The notes under the pieces were generated by a model. It searched no databases, was not told the origin of the DNA, and saw nothing but the letters and a program-made list of their open reading frames with translations. Shown in pieces: positions 24,719 to 35,240 of a stretch of DNA of 64,000 nt. The position numbers and the translations under genes are program-made. The DNA lies in the NCBI GenBank assembly GCA_039545335.1, contig BCIN01000002.1, positions 3,329,564 to 3,393,563 on the forward strand, written 5' to 3'. Numbering within the stretch: position 1 is the stretch's first letter; each line of letters starts with the position of its first letter. Origin of the DNA: Kondoa subrosea. Taxonomy: Eukaryota.

Positions 24719-26420
24719 TCACTGTAGAGCGTACGGATGCGAACAAGAGGGACAGGAGAAGTTCAAAGCATAGCAGGTCCTGCAAAGTAAAGTAGAGCAT
24801 AGAAGGCACAATGTTGCAGTACACAAGTCCCAACTTGAAGCTGCAACAGGCAGATACACGATAGCAGAAGCATCTAATTCGAAAGCAGTTAGCATAACTC
24901 TCACGAGAGTCATTTGGGACAATGGATCACAATAGAGAAGAGCGAAGCGTTCGGTTGAGATTTGCTGTCTTGAGGCTTTTTCTATATTGACCCTTGCATG
25001 TGAAGGGACTCGAATCATATTGTCTTGAGGAACAGACCAGCGAAAAGCAGCAGCCAATCGAATCAGAGCGAGTTCCAGATGAGCTTGTTAATCCTGACCA
25101 TCCAATCGATTCTTCGTTTGGGTTGCGTAAAAAAAGATGTCTAGCCAGCCTTTGAAGCCTTTAATGACTTCTGGTTCGTCTCTGTATAGTTCGAGAATAC
25201 TATCAGCCATCGCTGGCCTTCTGCCGAGTGCTTCTAGAAGAACTGTAGCCCAATTGTGAGAGGGTAGACCTCTGGCGGCAATTGCCTGTACGATGTAAGC
25301 GAGATTTGCCCACAGTGCCAAACAAAGTAGAGTCCTTGCATCGTCGAATGGGAGATCTCGGCTGTAATTGGAAGCAAGGAAAGTGTACTGCATGCTGAGG
25401 CACATATTCCTGAGCACAGTCAAACCAGTCGCTGTGTTGGAATCGCCTGGATGCCTGGCCCACTCCCTTCTCCAGAGCGCCATCATGACTTCAGGTGATT
25501 CGCTCAGGAGACGACGATACACGATAAGTTTCAGAGCGTCCGAGGGTGTGTCTTGCACGCTCATCTGGCGACCTGGAAACCTGTCATTTCCTACTAGTCC
25601 TGCCCAATCGGTTTTCTCTGCAGCTTTGACGTGAAGATCAACGTATATTGGTAGTCGCTGAATGAGATCAGAAGAGAGATGTTCCATTATTGTCAGAGCT
25701 TTCCAAGTATCCTACTATGACTTGCGTAGAATGCTTTCACTGTTGCAAGAAGATTGCTGAGCTGGCTGCAGAACTCCCGAATTCGCAAAGAATGCTGTCC
25801 TAGTGTACTTGGCCTTGGAGAATTCTGGCAGGGTCTGGCATGCGGGTATGCTGCACTTGACGTTCGCTTGTTTGCGGAAAAGCTGGCTTCTTTGCCAAAC
25901 GCCGAAGACACTAAAACAAGCGGCTCTTGAACGCTCACTCGAATTGCTCGTCATCAACAATGCTGGGAACGTGCAAGATCGGGAACTGTCAGATCGCTTG
26001 AATGAATGGGAGTCGAAACAGGATACGAGCCCAAGCTCGAGCTCTTTGAAGAACGAAGAGAATTGCGTATACATGTACAAGTACAGTACAAGTACTGGAA
26101 CGGGCTGTCTGCTTCTGTGATCCTCGGCTGTGCAATGGACTGCTGAATCGCTCGAAAACTCTTCTTGGCCGGAATACCAAGCTGCCTATGTCAGTTTCAG
26201 CTGCTCCTGCAGAACTCCACTGGCACTACTGCTGTCGAAAGACTCTAACGAGACAGTCTTTCCGCGCGCCTGACAAGGATAAATTCGAATGAACGTGATC
26301 CGTCGACTCTACTGCTGCTTGTACCATCTCCTAGGCTGTACTCTTTCGAGGCCGTCTACTCGTCAGCAGTCGATGCTTCTCGGTCAGTTGGCTGACGTCG
26401 GCTTCCTGCGGCTGTGCTAC
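24719..26420 (-). pseudogene. Paralog (copy B) of the MYND-finger gene, with a premature stop and a different 3' end
   Basis: About 95% amino-acid identity to copy A over the core. An in-frame TAA at 25088-25090 replaces the GAA (Glu) of copy A. Similarity stops after LYCDPLxxMTL, and I saw no MYND motif downstream. Both ends are approximate. Confidence 0.65.
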
Positions 26421-27550
26421 TTACACGAACACGGAAATCTTCAGACTGGTGCTCTGGCAGAGCAGCGTATGTAGCAGTAGTCCTCACGAGGATGATATCT
26501 CACTGCATCGCTTGCCCACTCTAAAATATCTCACTGCCTCTGCAAGTCTTTTGTCAAGATTTCAAGTTACTGCCATCTTATAGTGGTCTGCTTTGCATTA
26601 TGTTTCTCTTACCAGTGCTCTCTTGGCAATGTCATCTGATATTTATTTGTTCATATGACACAAATCCGAGACAACCCCTTTCTTCTTCAGAAGACAAAAT
26701 CGCTCGATTTTTCTCTCTCTTCTCTTAACCGTCTCACCAACTCTTCTCTCCCCTCATTTGTAGTCTTTCGATACTAAACATTATGACTCCGCCCACGTAT
26801 CCCTATATCAACTCAACCGAATTCGCCGGCAAACAACAATACTTTTTGCATCACGGCAATCAGCATGCTCCGTCACTCTACAACCCGATAGTAGGCCAAT
26901 TACGAATGCTTTGTTTCCTGCTCATTATAGTATTGTTTGTCTAGTCATATGAATATGCGGCCGAAAGGGTTCATGGCGTCAGTCTAACTCTCCTGAATGC
27001 TTTACTGCTGGCTGATTCGTTTTGACACAGCATCCGCCTGTAAGATATGAAGGATCTCATCCTCCGGAGCGTCCGGACTCTCTGCCTCAACAAGCTAATA
27101 ATACTCAAGCAAGAGCCACAGCTTCTAACGTTGCTTCCGCTTCCGGCTTAGCCGCAGTACATCACGGGGCAAGTTCAAGTAAGTATCATGCTTAAGCGTA
27201 TGCCAATGGATATGGCTAATGGATGCTCGATCAGACGTTTCAGGCTTCAACGATAATCAGGAACATGTATTGAACGCCCAACATGACAGTGAGTGCATTG
27301 AGCAGAGTCGTAGAGTGGATTAAAATTTAGTGATAAGCGACAAATCAGGATCAGTTGCAGGAGAGAAGGAGATTACAGAACGCACAAGTCGGTCTACGCT
27401 ACCATTTTGGAGTTTTGTATGTGGCTGAGCTCAAAACAGGCCCAACAAAGGTTTCGCGACAAGAGAAAGTTGGAAGCTGAAGAGGTGAGCTCTCAACATC
27501 TGTTGTCTAGAAGCACCGTTGAAGGCTGGTACCAAAATCGTCAGATGAAA
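24905..27550. repeat. Arm B of inverted segmental duplication (partner 9033-11690)
   Basis: Collinear reverse-complement similarity through the MYND-gene body, the shared intergenic region and the exons and introns of the basic-region gene. Confidence 0.9.
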
Positions 27551-28268
27551 GCTTCTCGCATTGCCTCATCTTCAAAGATCGGTTCTACAGCGAATCAAAC
27601 CCCACTCCACCACGAAGCAACTTCGCGTAAGTCCGATGCCCAGGTATATGTTAACGGACTTGCTAATACCTGCTCGACTCAGACGTTTCAGGCCTTACTG
27701 ATTCTGTCAAACGCCCCACAAATTACAATTACGTTGATATTAAAGATTTCATTGAGAACCATCGTGGCCGTAAGTATCTTCTAGCTGGGTTGCGCACTGA
27801 TATGACAAATGCTTTGCTCTACAAGATTTCAGAAACAATGAACAGGAACAGTTGGAGAATTTCAAGGACAACTCTTCTGGTAAGAGCATTTCTCGTTACT
27901 ATGCATCGCTTTCGAATAAATTTGACAGGAAAACAGTCAGAGCTTGAGAGAAATATCCGAAGGAATGTCGTAAGTCAGGTGTCCCAGTATTACTGCGATC
28001 CTAACCTTGATATGATTTCAGACTAGACGAAAGGTACGAAGCTATTGGCACAGGATTGCATCGCTCAGTTTCCACCAGGTCGCGTCTGAGAGGCCCGGAT
28101 ATGTTCCACACATTTCAAACGCATGTCAGGAATGTAAACGGCTCCATGTAAGTTGGAGTCTGATCGCAAGACTTTTGATTGATACGCAATCAGTTGAAAT
28201 GTGTACCTCAAGGCAGCTCAGCTAAATGCAAGAGGTGTGCAGATCAATGCTGCACCTGTGTATTTTAG
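26783..28268 (+). CDS. Putative transcription factor with an AP-1/Yap-type basic region and a C-terminal Zn(II)2Cys6 cluster (paralog B)
   Basis: About 12 short exons splice in frame. The basic region QERRRLQNAQ|AQQRFRDKRK spans intron 27388-27439. The C-terminus ACQECKRLH|LKCVPQGSSAKCKRCADQCCTCVF-TAG spans intron 28148-28193 and fits CX2CX6CX8CX2CX6C. Two of the acceptors used are AAG. Confidence 0.7.
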
Positions 28269-28504
28269 CGGCTTGTTTTAGCTTGTTACCAATTATGATT
28301 TTCCGTACCTTCATAGCGATTGACTCTGCTAGCTATCTTCGGCGAAGAGTCATGATGCAGTTGTTGATCAGCTCATGATTAATCACCAGTCCCCATCCCG
28401 GAAGAGTGCAATGCCATTGTTACATAAAACACGTCATCGAGAACATGCCTTCGCGCAAATTTCACCTGAAAAGGGCATCCTCTTTCTGTAACGAGCAACT
28501 TACA

Positions 28505-30445
28505 ATGGCAAAGAAATCCGCACAGAAAGTTCATGACGCTCAAGAGCACGCTTCAGCCTCTGCTGCCAATGCTAAAGAAGCAGCCAGCGACGGCAAACAA
28601 GCTGCCTTAGCCAAATTAGAGGAACTGCAAGAGTCGGAACTCAGAGCTGCTCTGCAAAAGAAAGCGGCCAAGGCTGGGACTGCTGCAAAGGACTCTGCTG
28701 AATCTTTGAAATCATCTGCACAATCTGGTTTACATCAGGCTCAGGACAAAGCTCAAAATGTGAAAGACTCTGCTTCCAGTCAATTGGATGGCTTGAGCAA
28801 TGCAGCTTCAGAACAGTACGCAAGCTTGCAAGGTCAAGCAAAGGATGCACAAAATGCTGCATCTGGTCAATTGGCTTCAGCTCAAGATAAAGCCAGCAAC
28901 GCAAAGAACACTCTTATTGGTAAAGCTTACGATGCTCATGATGCTGCTCTAGCTGGAGCTCAAAATGTCCAAGATTCCGCTCGGCAAACAGCTGCGAATG
29001 CAAAAAATTCAGCTTTAGGTCCAGTTCGCAACTTGCAAGCTCAAGCAGGTCAATTGGAACACAGAGCAGAAGAACAAGTTCACAGGGCAAAGACCTGGTT
29101 GGATACCTTTGTTGGAACACCTTATTCACTTAGAAGAACTTACATCGCTTATGTTGCTGCTTTCTGGTCTTCTTCCCTTGTCAGAATGGCTTGTCTTTCA
29201 CCTGTGCTACCAATCTTTGGCAAACATCTGAGTGAGACTTTGGCACCTATTGAGCGGGATGATGTGTCATGGTGAGTACATGTGCGTATAAGCTAGGAAC
29301 AGACAAGCTGATTATGAGGTGGGGACGACATAGGCTCTATATTGCTTTAACCAAAGCAATCGATCTGGCTATGGCCGTATGGGTATATCAATCTGAAGGA
29401 AGCAAATTCGATGCTCGTATGCCGATGGCTACCTGAATGTCACTAGCTAATGAGTCTCCTAGCTCTTCTCGGCGTTCTGCTCACTATGATTGGTCGCCCA
29501 ACTCTATATCAATTCTTCCATCATCACTTTTTGCTGTCTACCAAAACGGTTTCTGAAGTGCTTCTGACTGATGCAACTGCCGGCGCGGCTGCTTTATTCG
29601 TATTGAGCTCACTTCTACCTTCGCCTGCTAGTGAGTCATCAAATAGATGCTTTGACTATAGCTGAACATACTTGCAGCTTTCCGTCCACAACCTGTAGCA
29701 TGGTTTAAGCGTCACCTCAATTTGGCTTCCTTCCAGTCTAGTGAGTCATTTGTGCGGGAATGTCGATCAGTCTTACTGATGCTTGCGTTCTGCTCACAGT
29801 CGGTCTCGCCCTTGCTCTTGGAGCTCTGTCTTCCGCCTTGATCGAATTCGTTAGTGACAGAACCTTTTTACACCAAGTCATGAAAGCCGGTCTCCTGGAA
29901 CATAGCATTCCATCATACTTTGCTGCCAGCCGACCTGCTTCGGCATGGGCTCTTGCACATCCCCTTGTCAGCATTCCTACATTACGAACCAATTTCGACC
30001 CACTCAACATGGCCGATGCAATCACTCGATCTCTGCCATTCACCATCTCTTTCCTCATCTTATCCCTATTCGTTATCCCTCAATTACCGACTAGAAAATT
30101 ATCGACAGTCGTTTTCCTGTTGACAACGCCTGCGGCATTCTTCACGCTTTGGAACATCTTACCAGTCACTGCTTGGTCTTCTGGAGTAGCTTCGTTGGTC
30201 ATGGGCTTACGACAAGCTTTAGTTGCATCGTATGTCCCGTGTACTGATACCAGCTTGTGAATTTAGCTTATCTTGATTCTGAAACTTACAGAATCATGGC
30301 TTGGGTTCTTGCGGACCTAAGAAGACCTGTAGAGACCAAAGATGTGGCTACTAGTGTACAGGTCACTACTTCCAGAGTCGTTGGAAGAGAATTGGATGGC
30401 TCTAGATTGATTGAAGAGGAATCTATTGAACGCAAGAATCTTTGA
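28505..30445 (+). CDS. Protein with an N-terminal LEA-like Ala/Gln/Lys repeat region and a multi-pass membrane C-terminal half
   Basis: About 190 aa of AQDKAQNVKDSA-type repeats, followed by many hydrophobic helices in exons 29130-30300; ends ...EESIERKNL-TGA. Confidence 0.7.
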
Positions 30446-30806
30446 GAGGGAGAGGTAGTCACGAAATGAAGCTGACATGGGAAAGGCAAAGCTAAAGGAA
30501 CTTTACCGGCAATGAAGAGATTGTACCCCAAAGATATATGCGCAAATCCATATTAATGCAAGCTATGTGAAACCTATGATAAAGTACTTAACAACCAATG
30601 ATGATGTGAGAATATTATACACTTCCCCAGGAATGCAAACAAAGAGAATGACTGAAAAATAAGTTTGCCTATGATGTATTGCTATTGCAACCTATGGCTG
30701 ATTGTCACTTCTGTTAGGAAAGTCGCCTGATGCCTTCGGTAAAGTAACATCCTATAAGGGTGGCAACCTGACCTTCCTGTCGAAACTAAATATTTACACG
30801 TACATC

Positions 30807-32266
30807 TCAACCCAACAATGCTTCTTTAGTTCGATCCCTCGTACTTTTGAGGAAAGAAACCAAATTCGTTCCGCCAGTCCCCTTCAATTCCTTGGTTCCT
30901 TCCTTCTTCTGCTTCGCAGCTCCCTTCATTGCAGCTTCTTTAGCAGGTTGGATAATGAAACGATAAACCACTCTCATATGAGCGTCTCTAAATTTCTTAA
31001 GCGCTTCAACACTCTTGTCATACCCTCGAACCAACTCTTCATTTCCTTCTTCTAGAGCTAATGTTCGAATTGAAGGTTCTTGCTTGCTTAAATGGCGTAG
31101 AAAGTTTCGATGATGATGTGGCATATAGTTTGACATTCGGAGCATGAAAGTTTCATCGTGTCCCTTAGATTCTTCTGGTGGATTATGTAGTACACCAAGG
31201 AAGACGTCGAAGGAGTGAACCAAAGCGGATTGACCAGCTGATGGACCACCAAAGGTATGGATCGTGCTCGAGGGTAGATGGAGGAAAGAACCGCCGTTGA
31301 ACCAAGGTCTGATATCATTATAGAAAGAATGTGGAGTGCAATGAGTAGAGACTTGTTCCATTGTAATTGAGAGTTGATCAATAACGGAAGCGAGAGAAGT
31401 GAGGTAAGAAGCGATACGAAGATGAGCCAAAGAATCGTTGACGAAAGCTTCATCCAGCGATGTGGCCATATAACGTAATGCTGGCACACCTTGTAATTCG
31501 ATCAGAAGGGAAGTGAGGTAGAAATGTTCTTCAGATCGAGTGTTTGTGAAAGTTTGAACCATTTGCAGATTGCTGTACACGACAATCAGATGTTGTATGG
31601 ATATATTAGACATGACGCGTACTCTGCAACAAAGCCACGTTCTGGATTAATGTAATCCCAATTCCACAAGACTGTGTCAGCATAAGTGAGAATAGGCGGC
31701 ATATCTAGTCGAGAAGAGACTTGAAGCCACGGGATCGATATTGCAGGAGGGATTATAGGATTTTGACCGTGTATTGACGCCGAAGAATGGACGTATCGAT
31801 GAGCGAGAAAAGAGAGAAGAAGATGAGCTCGTCGAAGCAGAGGCATAGTGTCTAAGCCCGCATCGCTGATGATTTGAGCTTCTTCCACTCGTTTCCTCCA
31901 TCTTCTAGCTTGATCTTTGTCTGTTATAGTAAGCTGCTCCGTAGCCAATTTGACTTCGGCTGATTCATCCCATAAATGTTCCCAAAGTTGCCATGGCGTA
32001 TCTGAAGCGAATCTTCGCAAAGGTGGAGAAGGAGGTAAGAAACCAGAAGCGACATCGATATCGAAATCTGCTGAAGCCAAAGTAGACAGATCGAGTCTAC
32101 CTCCATCTCGTTCAACGACATCTTCCGAAGTCAGTGCGGGTATAGCTTGAGACAAGAAATGTGAAGCTGGCAGTGATAGGAATTGCTGATCTTGTACTTC
32201 ATCGCAGACTTCGAAAGGTAGCTTGAAGACTCGCCGACCAGCAGCTGTAGAAGTGGAGGCAGTCAT
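30807..32266 (-). CDS. Indoleamine 2,3-dioxygenase (IDO, Bna2 family)
   Basis: Motifs SGFLP, LRRAHLLLSFLAHRYV, PPILTYADTVLWNW, FYNDIRPWFNG, GPSAGQS, MSNYMPHHHR, FRDAH and KGTGGT; one intron at about 31573-31620. Confidence 0.95.
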
Positions 32267-32578
32267 ATTGGTGTTCGGTAGGACTGTCGTAAATAGTCCG
32301 AGCGCTGCTCAGAGCTGGTGTGTATGAGAGTGTTGATGAGGTGGAAGGGTTACTTGCTATGAACAATGAATGGTATGAGAGCAAGGCTCCATCAAATATC
32401 AGCATGAAAAGGCATGAAAACAGCCACCGATTTTGTAAGCGCGAGCGAAATTTGGCTAAGTCATTTTTTCTCGACACAGAATTGCATCAAACACAGCAAT
32501 TGTCAGCGTCTCGAAGCCATGAAAAGGTGACATTTGCTGTAGCGACCACAAACAGACAGCAGCATCACCACCGCGAGA

Positions 32579-34901
32579 ATGGAACGAACTCTGTTGTGTG
32601 AACATATCATTCATCAACAATTCGGGCCTCACGTTGGCAGAATCGCTACTCTTCTGTTGGAAAAAGGTCGCTTAACCCTTTCCGAACTTACTCGCTTGTC
32701 TTCGCGAACTTGCTCAAGCGAAGGCCATGTTCTGCTTTCACCTCATTTCGTCCGTTCGGCTCTAGCTGTTCTCATTCAGCACAATCTGGTTTGGTTCACT
32801 CGAACTCTGACCAACGACGCAATCCACAAAAGAGCTAGAGCAGAAGAATTCGGTCTTATGCAAAAAGAGTATTATGTACCTCACGATTCTGAAGATTACC
32901 CTGGCACTTTGCATTATGAAATCAACCCTGAAGAAGTAGTCACTCGCTTAAGGTTTCCTCAATTCCTCGTCATTGCAGAAAAGCTGGCAGAAGGGACTAG
33001 CAAAACTTTGTTGCAATTAGTCATGGCCCATGGAAGATTAGCTATTGGTGATCTTCTGTCTATGTACGCTCAAGAAGATGATGCAAGTTAGTTTTCCATA
33101 TCCGTTTCTTCTGCTTCCGACCTCGACTGGATGTTTCGTTTTTCTAAACCTTGACAGAAAGAGAAGAAGCTTATAATGTTCTCGATTGGATGCTCAAACG
33201 ATCTTACTTTGTTCCAATGATCAGAACAGCAACAGCAAAAGGTGCAGATCGCTATTTGGAAAGAGAGAAACTGGCATTAGACAAGATCACTTCTGGCCCA
33301 ACTACAAAAGCTTACAAAGGTCAACAAAGAGAAGCGTTGGAGACCGTTGTTGAGTTGCAGGAGACTGAAATGAGAGAAGCGCGGAGGAAATTGTTTGCTG
33401 GTCCACCACCTGCTTCAAGCGGACGCGGTGCTTCTTTTAAACCTTCTTCCTCTAAAACTGGTTCCAAGCGGAAGATGGATCTAGATGATGACCTCCCGTC
33501 ACCTCGAAAGCGAAGGACACATGATAGCAGTCTGGATGTGAGTTCGACGCTGGTGGGGCTTCTTCAAACGCTTACAAGGTGTTGATAATTTACAGGAATC
33601 CGTAATTATTCGTGTCAATAACACTCGCTTCTTGCTCAAGATACGTAACAAGCTCATTGAAGACGCTTTTCGCAATTACTATGGCAAAGCAGCGGAACTC
33701 GTTATTCGAGCAGCCCTCTCTATTATCGAGGAGCGTTGTGAGACTGAACCAGAGAAGATAGATTTGGTGTCTCCTTTCTCAGGCAAGTTTCCTTCGTCTT
33801 TATTTCCGGAGCGAATGATGACGTAGGATATTTGCAGATTCCTTTACTACTTCCCAAATTCTAGAGCGAATGGGAGCCATTTCTTCTTCTAGCACTTCTA
33901 AAAAGAACTTGCAAGAGATTGTTCGAGATGCCTTTTCGCGAGATGAAGTTCAAACTCGGCCCACTTCTCGCTATGCGTCTTATGAGCAGCAAGAAATTTG
34001 GAACCCTAAGAAGGAAAATACAGCTTCTTTCGTTCGAGAACTCTTGGGTCGACTCTCTTGTGGAGATGAAGACCCCTCAACTCGAGGGAAAGAAAATCCT
34101 TGTTGGTTGAGACCTGCTATTCTAAACGTTTCACCTGAAGATGATGAAGAAGAAGGAGCAGATGATACGAGTAAATTCAATTACCTCAATCAGGGGACCG
34201 ATGGCAGTGAGAAATGGGTCATCGATTTTCATAAAGTTCAAGCGGATCTAAAAAGACAGTTGGCTTATGCTGTTATCAAAGACAAGTTTTGGAACCAAAG
34301 TATTACCGATAGAGAAAGTGGCGTGGTTGTCCAAAACGACGAAAAAGCTGGAAGAGCTGGGAAAGAGGCCGTCAGGATCATGAGGATTCTCGATTCTCAC
34401 GGTAAACTGCAAGAGAATCATGTGCGTATCTCTATGGATCGAGTCGCAATCAGTGTTCTGACACTTGGGTATTGCGCACAGATCTTCAAGATCGCCATGA
34501 TTTCTCAAAAGGACTGCCGAAAGTGGATCTTCGATTTGGCTCGTTTTCACTTTATTCAGCAACAAGAAGTACCTAAAACAACAGACCGGGCAGTAGCTCG
34601 TACTATCTTCCTTTGGTTCATTGATTGGACCAAGACTTATGCAACTATCGAAAAACTCCTCTACCAAGCGTTGGGCAACATTGAAACTCGCAAAGCCCAG
34701 GAACAAGCGCCCTGCGCTGCTTTAATGGCCAAATCGCAACGTCCTGAAGTGAAAGCTGATCCTACTCTCTTGCGAGATGACGAATGGGCCACTTTGCATG
34801 ATTTGGATCGGAAATTGGTCGATCTTCAAGTTGGTCAATGGCGCATTATGTCGGACCTCTTCATACTGCAAATGAAAGATTCGCCTGGTATGTCTTTTTG
34901 A
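32579..34901 (+). CDS. RPC82: RNA polymerase III subunit RPC3/Rpc82
   Basis: LCEHIIHQQFGPHVGRIATLLLEKGRLTL, ALAVLIQHNLV and the C-terminal QQQEVPKTTDRAVARTIFLWFID motif. Confidence 0.92.
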
Positions 34902-35240
34902 AAAAGGGAAAAGAGTCGTCTCTTGCTGGTGATATGTGTACAAGATTTCCTAAAAGCATGGATACCCTTTACATTTAGCGATTGTACAATAGTGCTTTTG
35001 AGATCTAGAATACTACCACATGCCTGTTGCGCTGTTTGGAAGATAGTCTAATCAAAGATTGGACACAAACGCATGTGATTGCCTTGTTCGGCTTGCAGCA
35101 AATCCCCGCTTCGGTTTCCTCTCGACAGTCATCTTTCACAGGTGAGAACTGCTCTGATACACCTCTAGCAAGCCCACATCAATCACCATAGTATCAGCAG
35201 CACAATCGGTTTCTCTCGCCAGACTAATTCGCTGCCCAAG

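Noticed and set aside
25088..25090. Premature stop corrected by A-to-I editing
   Set aside because: The paralogous codon is GAA (Glu). Editing TAA cannot restore Glu, so this does not fit the TAG-to-TGG pattern known from Sordariomycetes.
8790..27550. Transposable element as the source of the duplications
   Set aside because: No transposase, reverse transcriptase, integrase or tyrosine recombinase motifs, and no recognisable terminal repeats or target-site duplications.
9033..28268. Mating-type locus (divergent regulator pair plus inversions)
   Set aside because: I found no homeodomain (WFxNxR), HMG or alpha box, STE3 receptor or CAAX pheromone precursor in the window.
30575..30735. Possible C/D-box snoRNA (ATGATGA...CTGA)
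   Set aside because: It lies between two convergent stop codons, in probable 3' UTRs, and I could identify neither an rRNA-complementary guide nor a terminal stem.
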